Shown in pieces: positions 18,599 through 28,388 of a DNA stretch of 64,000 nt. The notes under the pieces were generated by a model. It was given only the letters and a program-made list of their open reading frames with translations, was not told the origin of the DNA and ran no database searches. Location: positions 512,001-576,000 of the forward strand of contig CAVPOM010000018.1 in NCBI GenBank assembly GCA_963707025.1. The letters run 5' to 3'. The position numbers were made by a program, and so were the translations under genes. The stretch comes from an uncultured Verrucomicrobiae bacterium. GTDB lineage: Bacteria > Verrucomicrobiota > Verrucomicrobiia > Limisphaerales > Palsa-1400. Within the stretch, counting starts at the first letter, position 1. Each line of letters begins with the position of its first letter.

Positions 18599-20820
18599 AA
18601 GCCCCACCGTCTTCGCAAAAACCAGTCCACTCCCAACAGTAACCCCGCCAGATAGAAAACCCAAGCCGCATTCCACATCGGGCGCACGATGGTCTTCGGC
18701 GTCTGCTCGCTTTTGGCGCTGCCCAATTCGGTCAGCAACCTGGCAAAGTCGCCCGCTGCGATCAGCCGCCCGCCGCTGCTTTCGCACAGCCGCCGCAGAT
18801 ACAAGGTGTCCGTCGCCACTTCGGTTTCCTCCAGATTTTCCGTGAACACGATGAAGCGCGATTCCTGCGTCGTGCCGTCCGGCAGCAGGACCGTGGCCCG
18901 ATAGCGCCCGGGGCGTTCCGGCAGAAATTCCGCCGCCAGCCGGCCCGTGCTGGCCGCCACGGGCGCCAGATTGACGCGCCCGGCTTCCGCCCCGCCCAGA
19001 TGAATCGTGACCGGCACCGACATCAATTTCGGATCGGGCTGGCGCAAGACCAGGTGGAAATAGACTTTTTCCCCAAGCAAAATGTTGGCGGAATTCGGGC
19101 GAAAGGAAAATTGCCGGCTCGGGCTGAAATCGCGTCCGGCCAGCAGCCACAAGACCATCTGGTCCCAAAATCGGTCGAACGGGGAATTGGCGCCTTCGAC
19201 TTTGGACGCCAGCGCCCAGCGCCACAAGCCGGCCACTCCCAGGCTCACCACCTGGCCGCGCCCGTAACGGCGGTGGATGACGGCCGCTTCCGCCGTCGCA
19301 TCCTCCCGTCCCGTCGCCACGGCGAAGGTCGAAGCCAGCGGCTTGGTTTCCCGCGGCGTTTTGCCCTCGAGCAAATCCGGCAGCGCCTCCAGTCCGCCCG
19401 CCCCGTCGTTCAAAACGCGAAACGGCGACAGCGCGCGGCCTTCGGCGGTCACGTCCAGATGCACCCGGTCCCGCGCCTTGTCGCCCCACAAGACCGGTTC
19501 CAGTTCGCTGGCGGCGGCATTGGTGAAGGCGCGCCCGCGGCTGAAAATTACCGTGCCGCCGCGTTCCTTGACGTATTGATCCAGCAAGGCAAGCTGGCCG
19601 GATGGCCCCGGCCCATTGCTGGGCGCCAAATCCAGCAGCGAATCCACCGCGCGGCCCAGAATAATGACATCGTAAGCGGCAAACTGATCCAGCGTTTGCG
19701 GCGCGCGCAGTTCGCCGCCGCCCGGCGTTTTGCGCAGGGCGCGAACCCGTTTGGCCCCGTAACGAATGAGCGCGTCCACGTCGAACTTGTCGTTCCGCAT
19801 GAGCGAGCGTTGCAGGAAGGTCGTGTCCCAATACGGGTCGCCCTCCAGCAGCAAGACCCGGATTTGCTGGTCAATCACATTCAGGCAGGTGATCGCGCTG
19901 TTGTTCGCCGTGTCCGCTTCGTCCTCCAGCGGCGGCACGCGCACTTCGTATTCATACTGGCCGGTTGCCGGTTCGGTCACCTCAAATTCCACCGGCAACT
20001 CCTGAAGCTGCTGCGCGTTGAGGGCTTTGGCCTGCACGACTTGCCCTTCCCGCAGCAACTGCACCGTCAGGTCTTCCAGCTCGCATCCCACCAGCCGGAG
20101 CGTCGCGTTGATGCGCGCCTTTTGTTTCACGTAGGAATACGGCTCAAATCCCGTGATGCGAACCGCCACGTCGCGCACCTTGCCTTGCTTGCCCAGGGCC
20201 ACGGCGTAAATGGGCGCCCGGCGGTTGCGCGCCAGCGTGCCCGTCTTCACCGGGTTGACCAGCTCAAAATCATGGCCGTCCGTCAGCAAAATCACCGCGT
20301 TGACCGCCTCATCCTTGGCGGGCGCGCTCAAGAGCGTGCCGACCGATTTGTGGAAGCGGGTCGTCTGGCCCGCAGGCGCCAGGTCCAGCACCGACCGCGC
20401 CACCGGCCGCGCGTCGTCGCTGAATTCAAACAAGCGCAGGCCCGGCTGGGCCGCCGCGCCGTTTTGCGCCACCGCGCCCGATTCCAGCAAAAAATTCTTG
20501 GCCGCGTCGAATCGGGTTTTGTCGCCCGCATCGCGCTGTTTCATGCTCAGGGAACTGTCCAGCGCGATCAACGTCACGCGCTCCCCCGCCGTCGGCGGCA
20601 GAGATTCGCGCCGCGACGGCTGGAGCAGCAAGGCCAGCACCAGGGCCAGGCCCGCCAGGCGAAAAGCCAGCAGCGCCAGATTGCGCCAGCGCCCGACCGG
20701 CGAGCCGACGCTCCAATAAATGCGCACGGTCAATATCAACAGGAGCGCGCCGAGCAAGGCAATCACCGCCGCCGGCACAATCGGATCCAGGATGATTTCG
20801 CTGGCGGGCGGACTGTTCAC
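18592..20820 (-). CDS. vWA + class I glutamine amidotransferase-like membrane protein
   Basis: MIDAS LDSSLSM and LLTDG, YGRGQV..LWRW, FDRFWDQMVLWL, C-terminal TM ending DWFLRRRWGL. Confidence 0.85.
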   Translation of the reverse strand: MNSPPASEIILDPIVPAAVIALLGALLLILTVRIYWSVGSPVGRWRNLALLAFRLAGLALVLALLLQPSRRESLPPTAGERVTLIALDSSLSMKQRDAGDKTRFDAAKNFLLESGAVAQNGAAAQPGLRLFEFSDDARPVARSVLDLAPAGQTTRFHKSVGTLLSAPAKDEAVNAVILLTDGHDFELVNPVKTGTLARNRRAPIYAVALGKQGKVRDVAVRITGFEPYSYVKQKARINATLRLVGCELEDLTVQLLREGQVVQAKALNAQQLQELPVEFEVTEPATGQYEYEVRVPPLEDEADTANNSAITCLNVIDQQIRVLLLEGDPYWDTTFLQRSLMRNDKFDVDALIRYGAKRVRALRKTPGGGELRAPQTLDQFAAYDVIILGRAVDSLLDLAPSNGPGPSGQLALLDQYVKERGGTVIFSRGRAFTNAAASELEPVLWGDKARDRVHLDVTAEGRALSPFRVLNDGAGGLEALPDLLEGKTPRETKPLASTFAVATGREDATAEAAVIHRRYGRGQVVSLGVAGLWRWALASKVEGANSPFDRFWDQMVLWLLAGRDFSPSRQFSFRPNSANILLGEKVYFHLVLRQPDPKLMSVPVTIHLGGAEAGRVNLAPVAASTGRLAAEFLPERPGRYRATVLLPDGTTQESRFIVFTENLEETEVATDTLYLRRLCESSGGRLIAAGDFARLLTELGSAKSEQTPKTIVRPMWNAAWVFYLAGLLLGVDWFLRRRWGLC

Positions 20821-22895
20821 GCCGGTTTCCTCCGCAGGAAAAATTGGAAGCCGCTTTCCAGCAGCAGAACCCCCAGCGCGCCGAGAATGAACCAGTGAAA
20901 AACCGGCCGGCCCCGCGCCAGTTCCTCGTAATCGTCGCCCCCGGCGACGAGATGGGCCTCGTGCTGGTCGGCGAATTCCGCGGGCAAAACATTCTTGTCA
21001 ATTTGCCGCAAGTCGGATTGATCGGTCGCCGCGTTGATGGCGAAGGCATAGGCCGGCCGCGGCGAACCCAGCGTGTAGAAGCCAAGCTGGTCGGGCGTGA
21101 AGGTCAGACTGCAACGCTCGCCGTTGAGTTCCCGCCGGGTGGTCACCGCCGCCCCGGCGGGACTGACCAGATCGTGGCGCATTTCGCTGCGCCAGACCTC
21201 CGTCTGCAACGTTTCCCCGATGGTATGGGAGGAGGGCGGCGGCTCGGTGGTGGCCAGCGCTTTCATCAATTCCTGCATCCACGCCGGAAAAATCCGCTGG
21301 CGCGCCAGGTTGCTCGCAAATTCCCCCGCCGAAAAATTCAGGAGCAACAACGTGCCCAGGCCGTGGTGCAGCGCCGCCATGGCCGGCGAGCCGTCGCCGT
21401 ACTCCAGCAGCACCCCGCCCGCGCCGCTCGCGCCCGCCTGGTAATAATCGTAAAACTCCAGCAGCGCCAGGTCCTGGCGCGTGGCGCCTTGAAACAGTTT
21501 CAGGTAGGGCGATTTGAAATCGCCCCGCGCGATTTGCTGCGCCCCCGCCGTCACGTTGGTCGCCAGGTGGCGGCGCGACAACCGCAGCGGCAGCGAGTTC
21601 GGCCCGGTGATCTTCTCCAGCGCGGCCAGATTCTCCGCATCCGCGGCGCCGTCGAGAAAATAGACCAGCCCGCCGCCGCGAAACAAAAATTTCCCCGCCG
21701 CCTCGCAGGCCTCCGGCCCGAGGCGCTGCACCTGCGTGAAAAAGGCCTTTTGCACCCCGGCCAGGCGAGCCGGGGTCAGTTCGGCGGAAGTGATGATGCG
21801 CGGCAGGAGCGAGCCGCCGTCGTTGGCGAAGGGGTTGAGCGCCGTCTTGAGAAAATACGCGCTGTTGCGCCGGTCCTCCGCGGCGTCGGTGACGATGAGC
21901 ACCTCTTCCTTCTCCAGCACGGGCAGTGTCAAATAGAAATGGTTGTCGTATTCCAGCGCGTCCGGCGGCAGGCGCACCTCGCAAAGATGCGTGCCCGGCT
22001 CCCCCACGGAAACCGGCACGGTCACTTTTTCCTCCGACCAGGGCGCCACGGATATTTCCTGGTCAAAACTGAATTTCCGGTCGAGCGTGACCGTGACCCG
22101 TCCGGCCAGCGCGTCGCGGCTGTAATTGCCGATGGCGATTTCCAGCGGCACGGTGTCGCCGGCCAGGATCTGCGTTTGGGAAGGCCGGGCGTCCACAATC
22201 GCGTGGTTGTCCAACCGGGCCGGGCCGACATCCACAAAAAACAATTTCGCCGCCGGCGGCAGCATCTGGAAATTCGCGCTGGCCCACTTTTTCCGCGCAA
22301 AATCCGAGATGTAATAAATTTCCGGCCGGGGCGCGCCCGGGCCGATCAGCCGCGCCGCCGCCGTGTTGGCCAGGTTGACGTCCGCCCGGCCCAAGCCGGG
22401 CTTGAGCTGGTTGAGAAACCGTTTCGCTTCGCCGATGTCCTTGGAAAAAGACGCGAAGCACGACCCCATCTCCGGTTCCATCAGCAGGATGTTCACCGTG
22501 TCCTGCGCGCCGAGCGAATCCATCAGTTTGCCCGCCTCATGCACGGCCCGCTCGCGCGAAGCCGGACCGTCCCCTTTGTGTTCCATGCTGACGGAGTGAT
22601 CCAGCACCATCAAAATCTGGCGTCCGCCTTGCGCCGCCGGGTTTGACCCGAAGCGGTTCAAGACCGGCTGCAGAAAGGCCAGCAAGAGCAGCAACAAAAA
22701 CGCCGTGCGCAGCAGCAACAAAATCCAATGCCGCCAGCGGTGCAATTGCGAGCGCCGCGCCATCGTCGCCCGGATCAGCTCCAGGGACGGAAATTTGAAA
22801 TGACGGGGAAAACCCTTGTTCAGCAGATGCAACACCAGCGGCAGCACGGCCAAGGGGATCAAGACCGCAAACAGGGTTGGACTCAAAAAGGACAT
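20817..22895 (-). CDS. BatA domain + vWA protein
   Basis: MSFLSP..LPLVLHLL..FPSL..LLLLRTA (BatA N-terminus), LDHSVSM, ISDF, C-terminal TM LLLES. Confidence 0.9.
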   Translation of the reverse strand: MSFLSPTLFAVLIPLAVLPLVLHLLNKGFPRHFKFPSLELIRATMARRSQLHRWRHWILLLLRTAFLLLLLLAFLQPVLNRFGSNPAAQGGRQILMVLDHSVSMEHKGDGPASRERAVHEAGKLMDSLGAQDTVNILLMEPEMGSCFASFSKDIGEAKRFLNQLKPGLGRADVNLANTAAARLIGPGAPRPEIYYISDFARKKWASANFQMLPPAAKLFFVDVGPARLDNHAIVDARPSQTQILAGDTVPLEIAIGNYSRDALAGRVTVTLDRKFSFDQEISVAPWSEEKVTVPVSVGEPGTHLCEVRLPPDALEYDNHFYLTLPVLEKEEVLIVTDAAEDRRNSAYFLKTALNPFANDGGSLLPRIITSAELTPARLAGVQKAFFTQVQRLGPEACEAAGKFLFRGGGLVYFLDGAADAENLAALEKITGPNSLPLRLSRRHLATNVTAGAQQIARGDFKSPYLKLFQGATRQDLALLEFYDYYQAGASGAGGVLLEYGDGSPAMAALHHGLGTLLLLNFSAGEFASNLARQRIFPAWMQELMKALATTEPPPSSHTIGETLQTEVWRSEMRHDLVSPAGAAVTTRRELNGERCSLTFTPDQLGFYTLGSPRPAYAFAINAATDQSDLRQIDKNVLPAEFADQHEAHLVAGGDDYEELARGRPVFHWFILGALGVLLLESGFQFFLRRKPA

Positions 22896-22898
22896 GGG

Positions 22899-23954
22899 TC
22901 AGCGGGCGAAAAAATTGTTGCCGCCGCGAAAGCCCAGATAGGCCTCGATGGCATCCAAATACGGCCGGTTGGTCGCCACCAGCGCGTGGCTGATGCGGCG
23001 CTGGTTGGCTTCCCGCGCCAGCGCCTCCGCCCGCCGCCGCGCCGTCTCGCCATAGGCCTCCCGGATTTCCTCCACCTCCACTTCCACCTCCTCGTGCGTT
23101 TCCAGATCGTGAAATCGCGCGGCCTGGACCGCGGGCAAATCCAGTTCGTCCGGATGCACGACGTGAAGGAGGAGAATCTCAAATTTCCGGTGCAGGAAAC
23201 GGCTCAAGGCCTCGAAGGTCTTTTCCGTGTCATCCCAAAAATCGGACAGCACCACCAGCCGCCCGCGCTTTTTGAAGAGCAAATTGCACTCGGCCAGCGC
23301 GGCCGCCGTGCCGGTGCGCAAGGCCGGCTGGACCGATTCCAGTTCGCTCACCAGGCTGTGCAAATGGCGGCGCGTGCCGCCCGGCGGGAGAAAATATTTC
23401 AATTTTGCCGCGAACAAAACCAGCGCGGCCTTGTCCCCCTGATGGATCATCAGATAGGCCAGCGCCGCCGCGACTTTGGCGGCGATGATATATTTGGAGT
23501 CGCGGCCCTGGCCCGCGTAGCTCATCGAACCGCTCACGTCCACCAGCAGATAAATGACCATGTCCGTTTCCGCCTCGTACTGCCGCACGAACAATCGCCG
23601 CGACCGCCCGTAGGCCCGCCAGTCAATCCGCTTGGGATCATCCCCGGCCACGTATTGCTTGTAATCGGTGAACTCCACCGAGGAGCCGCGATGGGGCGAT
23701 TTGTGTTTGCCGGCGAAATAACCTTCCACCGTCGAGCGCGCGAACACCAGCAGGTTGCCAAACCGTTCCAATTCCTCCGGCGAGAGCAGGGTGGGCCGCG
23801 CCGCCGCTCTGAGGAAGCGCGGCCGCGGACCAGGCCCACGCTGCGACGGGGGCAGGGGCGGCGGGACTGGAATCACCGGCGGCACCCGCCCGATCACCGG
23901 CGGCGGACGCCTTGCTTCGCCCGCCCCGGGGCCGCCTTGGACTGGATCGCTCAT
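22899..23954 (-). CDS. DUF58 domain protein
   Basis: GKHKSPHRGSSVEFTDYKQYVAGDD...IDWRAYGR, DVSGSM, LSDF. Confidence 0.95.
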   Translation of the reverse strand: MSDPVQGGPGAGEARRPPPVIGRVPPVIPVPPPLPPSQRGPGPRPRFLRAAARPTLLSPEELERFGNLLVFARSTVEGYFAGKHKSPHRGSSVEFTDYKQYVAGDDPKRIDWRAYGRSRRLFVRQYEAETDMVIYLLVDVSGSMSYAGQGRDSKYIIAAKVAAALAYLMIHQGDKAALVLFAAKLKYFLPPGGTRRHLHSLVSELESVQPALRTGTAAALAECNLLFKKRGRLVVLSDFWDDTEKTFEALSRFLHRKFEILLLHVVHPDELDLPAVQAARFHDLETHEEVEVEVEEIREAYGETARRRAEALAREANQRRISHALVATNRPYLDAIEAYLGFRGGNNFFAR

Positions 23955-23984
23955 GGGCTTGGATCGGAATTCTCGCGGCGCGGG

Positions 23985-24968
23985 TCAGTAAGCTTTTTCC
24001 CGCACCTCGGCCAAAATGCCCTGCACCACGTCGCGCGATTTCTTGCCGGCGCCGGTGGCGCGGTAGTTGGTGATGACGCGATGCTGCAGTACGGGCATGG
24101 CCACTTCGCGCACGTCGGCAGTTTCCGGCGTGATCTTGCCGTGCAACAAGGCCAGGGCCTTCGCGCCCAGGATCAGATACTGCGAGGCGCGCGGGCCGGC
24201 GCCCCACTCCACATAATCGCGCGCCACCGCCGGCGAATCCGCGTTGCCGGGCCGGGTGGCCGCCGCCAGCGAGACTGCATAATCCACGACGTGATCCGAA
24301 ACCGGCGCGGCCAGCACCAGGCGTTGCACCTGCAGCAAATCTTCCGCGCTGACCGTGGGCGTCAGCGCCGGCATCTCCCGCAGCGTCGTGCGCTTGACAA
24401 TTTCCATTTCCTCGCTCTTCGCCGGATAATTGAGGTAGAGCGAAAACATGAAGCGGTCGAGCTGCGCCTCGGGCAGGGGATAGGTGCCTTCCTGCTCGAT
24501 GGGATTTTGCGTCGCCACCACCAGGAACGGATCGGGCAGGGCGCGCGACTGGCCGCCGATGGTCACCTTGCGTTCCTGCATCGCTTCCAGCAGCGCCGCC
24601 TGCGTCTTGGGCGGGGTGCGGTTAATCTCGTCGGCCAGAACCAGGTTGGCGAAAATCGGGCCGGGCTGATACTCATGTTCCAGCCGCCGTTCCCGTTCCT
24701 GCAAAATCTCCGAGCCGATGATGTCGCCCGGCATCAAGTCGGGCGTGAACTGGATGCGTTTGAAGCTCAGCCGCAGAATTTCCGAAAGGGTCCGCACGAT
24801 CAGCGTCTTGGCCAGGCCCGGCACCCCGATGAGCAGGCAATGCCCGCGCGCGAACAGGCAGGCCAGCAGCAGCCGCACGATCTGTTCCTGGCCCACGATG
24901 ACCTTGTTCAGTTCCTGGGTGATGCGGCCATGCAGCGCGCTGACTTCCTTGGGTGAAATTTCATTCAT
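23985..24968 (-). CDS. moxR: MoxR-family AAA+ ATPase
   Basis: GVPGLAKT Walker A, RIQFTPDLMPGD, LADEINR.PPKTQAALLEAMQE, ATQNPIEQEGTYPLPEAQLDRF. Confidence 0.97.
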   Translation of the reverse strand: MNEISPKEVSALHGRITQELNKVIVGQEQIVRLLLACLFARGHCLLIGVPGLAKTLIVRTLSEILRLSFKRIQFTPDLMPGDIIGSEILQERERRLEHEYQPGPIFANLVLADEINRTPPKTQAALLEAMQERKVTIGGQSRALPDPFLVVATQNPIEQEGTYPLPEAQLDRFMFSLYLNYPAKSEEMEIVKRTTLREMPALTPTVSAEDLLQVQRLVLAAPVSDHVVDYAVSLAAATRPGNADSPAVARDYVEWGAGPRASQYLILGAKALALLHGKITPETADVREVAMPVLQHRVITNYRATGAGKKSRDVVQGILAEVREKAY

Positions 24969-25107
24969 TCTTTGCTCCCGCATTCTTATCCATGACAACG
25001 GTTCCAGTGAATCGAACACCTTGGCCCGATCCTGTCCACCAGTTAAACACCACCACCCTCCGCCGTTCAATGAGAAACGGAGCAGGACGGCAATGCGTCC
25101 GCCTGGG

Positions 25108-25140
25108 GGTAGGGCGGGTCCCGAAATATCGGGACCCGCC
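25108..25140. repeat. GTAG-type REP-like hairpin
   Basis: GGTAG followed by perfect stem ggcgggtcccga-aata-tcgggacccgcc. Confidence 0.65.
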
Positions 25141-25374
25141 GCACGATGTTAATGCGACGCTGCCTCCTGTGCCGAGGCCCGACGCCGGGCAGTCCCGGCT
25201 GGCCGGGACCCTGCCTTTGCCGGCCCATCCATGACGGACGCAGTAAGCAGGACGACCAGAAACCGCCATGCGGTGAGAAGGGCAGGCGCGAAGGGCAACG
25301 TTCTTGTGATCATTCAAGCGTCCTCTGACCACCTTCGTCTTGCGCAACTGCCTCAATTGTCTTACCGTATGCCC

Positions 25375-25635
25375 ATGAAAAGTTTAACCGTTCGCCTGCC
25401 CGATTCGGTGCTCAGGGAAATCGAACACGAGTCGCAGGCCCGCCGGGTGTCAAAGTCCGACGTAGTGCGCGAGCGCTTGAGCCGGCCACAGCGCCCGGCC
25501 GGCCGGCGCGGCACGATGCGGGAACTATTGGACGGCCTGATAGGCTCAGTGGAAGGCCTGCCAACCGACCTTGCCAGCAACAAAAAAAAATATCTTCCCA
25601 TGATAATCCGTGCCAAAAAACTACATCGCCGATAG
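25375..25635 (+). CDS. Ribbon-helix-helix (CopG-like) antitoxin
   Basis: MKSLTVRLPD..RVSKSDVVRERL; overlaps the PIN gene. Promoter TTGCGC-N17-TACCGT directly upstream. Confidence 0.85.
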   Translation: MKSLTVRLPDSVLREIEHESQARRVSKSDVVRERLSRPQRPAGRRGTMRELLDGLIGSVEGLPTDLASNKKKYLPMIIRAKKLHRR

Positions 25636-26017
25636 TTCCGCCCTGGTGGCCTTGCTCAGCCGCAGCGATCTGCATCATGACTGGATCGCCGCGCAAACCG
25701 ACACGTTGCCCTGGCCCTGGCTCACCTGCGAGGCGGCTTTGACCGAGGCATTCCACCTGCTCGGCGAAAAGGGCGCGCCAAGGCTCAACGATTTGTTGCG
25801 GAGCGGAGCGGTCGTGCTCTCGTTTGCTTTGGGCGATCAACTGGCGCCGGTTCTTGACTTGATGGACAAATACGCCGACGTCCCCATGAGCCTGGCCGAT
25901 GCCTGCCTGGTGCGCATGAGTGAAACCCTGCCCGACCCCGTCGTCCTGACCACCGATGCCGATTTCAAAATCTACCGCCGCCACAGCCGCCAAGTCGTGC
26001 CCTGCCTGTTGCCCTGA
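25610..26017 (+). CDS. vapC: PIN-domain toxin (VapC-like)
   Basis: IADSSALVALL..D.HH, CEAALTE, MSLADACLV, LTTDADFKIYR. Confidence 0.9.
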   Translation: MPKNYIADSSALVALLSRSDLHHDWIAAQTDTLPWPWLTCEAALTEAFHLLGEKGAPRLNDLLRSGAVVLSFALGDQLAPVLDLMDKYADVPMSLADACLVRMSETLPDPVVLTTDADFKIYRRHSRQVVPCLLP

Positions 26018-26153
26018 TGAACCTGTTGACAGGGACAGCCAGTTGATTTTGATTTCGTTCGCCAGCGCCTTGGAATCCGGGTCGCCCGTGACCAGTTCGC
26101 TTTTCCGTTCCTTCTCGCGTTCCTTCCTTGAACAATTTCCAGCCTCGGAAAGC

Positions 26154-28385
26154 TCACGCGTCGTGCAGGCTGCGCAGTTCCACGTTGGTGCGGCGCAGGC
26201 GCCCGGCCAGTGCCGCCGCCATCCGGCCCAGGACCGTTTCGTTGAGAAGCGGGCGCTCCTTGCAGATCTCATCAAAGCTGCTCCTCCGCAGCACAAACAA
26301 ATCGGTTGGGGCGGTGGCGACGGCATTGGCGGACCGGGCGCGGGCATCCAGGAACCCCATCTCTCCAAAAAAGTTGCCGCGCCCAAAATAGGCCAGCGTA
26401 CGATGCCGGCCTTCGCCCACGGGCAATTCAATGCGCGCCTCGCCCCGGCGCACCAGGAACAACTCGTCCCCGCGATCGCCGCTTTGAAATATCGTCCCCC
26501 CTGCCGCCACGGAACGCTCCGCGGCGCAGGTCCGAATCGCGGCCAGGTTCTGCGGCGGCTCGATGCCGCGGAACAGTTCGATTTCCGCCAGCTCCAGCGG
26601 CCGCTGCGCGTTTTCATCTTGCAGCAGATGATGTTCCTCCAGCAGGCGGTCCTCGGCCCAGCCCATCGCCTCATCCAATTCGGCAAACACCTTCACGTTG
26701 TCCTGCCGGTCCGTCACGCCGACCTTGTGCAGATAAGCCTGCAAACTCCGCCCCTCCGGCAGCGTCGCGGGCATGTGGCTGAACAGAATGAACGCCCCCC
26801 GCTCCCGCAGCAGCGCCTCGATCAGCTCCAGCATGTGCGCCGCGGTGAAATCAACCGACAGCACCCGCCGCATGTCCAGGATGACAAAGCGGCACCGCTT
26901 CAGGTCGGCCTCCAGTTCCACGTAGAGCTTGTCCGCCGTGCCGAAAAACAGCGTCCCTTGCAGTTCGCAAATGACCGTCTCCCCGCCATATCTTTCCAGC
27001 GCCTGCGACTCGGCGGGCAGGCGGTTTTTCTTGGACGATATTTCGTTGCCGTAAATCTTGCGGTGCAGCACCGGACTGCGAATCTGGTCCCGCAGGAAGA
27101 TGATCACGGCCAGGGCCAGCCCCGTGCCCGAGGCGGCAATCAGGCTGAAGCGCGCGGCGGTGATGATGACCGCCCAGATCACCACAAAGTCAAGCAGCGT
27201 GCTGCGGTTGCGCAGCAGTTGGAAGCTCGTCCAGTCGAACATTTTGCACGCCACCACCATCAGCACCCCGGCCAGCGCCGCCAGCGGAAGCCAGCCCACC
27301 AGATGGCCGAACAAGACAAACGCCAGCAGCACAAAGCAACCCTCGAACAGGCCGGAACGCTTCGTCTGCCCGCCGCTGTTCAGGTTGACAATCGTCGCCC
27401 CCATCATGCCCGACCCGGGCATGCCGCCGGTCAAGGCCGAAGCCACGTTCCCGATCCCCTGCCCGGTGAGCGTGCGGTTGGAATCGTGGCGCGCCCGCGT
27501 CAGCGTATCCACCACCACGCACGTCTTGAGCGTGTCAATCGAAAGCAAGGCGGACAGCGTGAGGGCTGGAACCAGCAGCAGCTTCCAATCAGAAGGGGCG
27601 ATCGCGCCCAGGCTTTTCCACTGCTCCACCCAATGCGGCCAGAAGGCGCCCAGCCCGCCGCCGACCGGCCCCAGCACCAGTGGGTTGCCCGATTGGCGCA
27701 GCATTTCCGGAAAGCCCAGGCCGAGTCCAAAGTAGGCGAGCATTCCCGCCCCCAATCCCAACACCGGCGCCGGAACGGCCTTGGTCAGCTTGGGCGCGGC
27801 CAAAATCCCGGCGACCGTGGTCAACCCCACGGCGATGGCCTGCCACCTCCAATGCGCCGGCGTGGAGAGTCCCGCCAGCCAGCCGGTGCTGGCCGAAAAG
27901 CCCAGGAAACTCGGAATCTGACTGGCAAAAATCAGCGCCCCAACCCCGCTCAAATAGCCGGAGACCACCGGATAGGGAATAAACTTGATCAACTTGCCGC
28001 CGCCAATCGCTCCGTAGAAAAACTGCAGCGCCCCGGATGCCAGCGCCAGCACCGTCATCAGCGCCGCCACCCGCGCCGCCGGCATCGCTTCCCCGCCCCC
28101 GTGCCCGGCCATCATCTCGGCGGCAAAGGCCGACAAGACCGCGGCGGCCGGTCCGCAGGGCGCGGAAATCAAGCGGGGGGAGCCGCCCAGGGGCGAGGAA
28201 AGCAGCCCGGTGGCGATGGCGCCGAAGATGCCCGCCAGCACGCCATGGGAAAGGTAATCCTGGCCCAGCGCGGCATAAGTGGCCACTCCGAAGGCAATGG
28301 AAGAGGGCAGCACCACCAGCATCGCGGCAAAGCCGCCCCACAAATCGCGGGCCATCGGCCTGGAAACTTGGGTCGGCGGGTCCAC
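26154..28385 (-). CDS. SulP/SLC26 anion transporter with STAS and cNMP-binding domains
   Basis: DLWGG..LPSSIAFG, KFIPYPVVSG, GQGIGN, STAS LQGTLFFG..VDFTA, cNMP IFQSGD..FFGEMGFLD..RSA. Confidence 0.93.
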   Translation of the reverse strand: MDPPTQVSRPMARDLWGGFAAMLVVLPSSIAFGVATYAALGQDYLSHGVLAGIFGAIATGLLSSPLGGSPRLISAPCGPAAAVLSAFAAEMMAGHGGGEAMPAARVAALMTVLALASGALQFFYGAIGGGKLIKFIPYPVVSGYLSGVGALIFASQIPSFLGFSASTGWLAGLSTPAHWRWQAIAVGLTTVAGILAAPKLTKAVPAPVLGLGAGMLAYFGLGLGFPEMLRQSGNPLVLGPVGGGLGAFWPHWVEQWKSLGAIAPSDWKLLLVPALTLSALLSIDTLKTCVVVDTLTRARHDSNRTLTGQGIGNVASALTGGMPGSGMMGATIVNLNSGGQTKRSGLFEGCFVLLAFVLFGHLVGWLPLAALAGVLMVVACKMFDWTSFQLLRNRSTLLDFVVIWAVIITAARFSLIAASGTGLALAVIIFLRDQIRSPVLHRKIYGNEISSKKNRLPAESQALERYGGETVICELQGTLFFGTADKLYVELEADLKRCRFVILDMRRVLSVDFTAAHMLELIEALLRERGAFILFSHMPATLPEGRSLQAYLHKVGVTDRQDNVKVFAELDEAMGWAEDRLLEEHHLLQDENAQRPLELAEIELFRGIEPPQNLAAIRTCAAERSVAAGGTIFQSGDRGDELFLVRRGEARIELPVGEGRHRTLAYFGRGNFFGEMGFLDARARSANAVATAPTDLFVLRRSSFDEICKERPLLNETVLGRMAAALAGRLRRTNVELRSLHDA

Positions 28386-28388
28386 CTC

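Noticed and set aside
18599..19831. N-terminal 411-aa extension of the 1381-aa ORF
   Set aside because: Overlaps the vWA gene in another frame and is Arg/Gly/Ala-rich noise; the plausible start is ATG 18598.
25375..26017. Prophage or genomic island around the TA pair
   Set aside because: No integrase, tRNA, att-like repeat or phage gene nearby.
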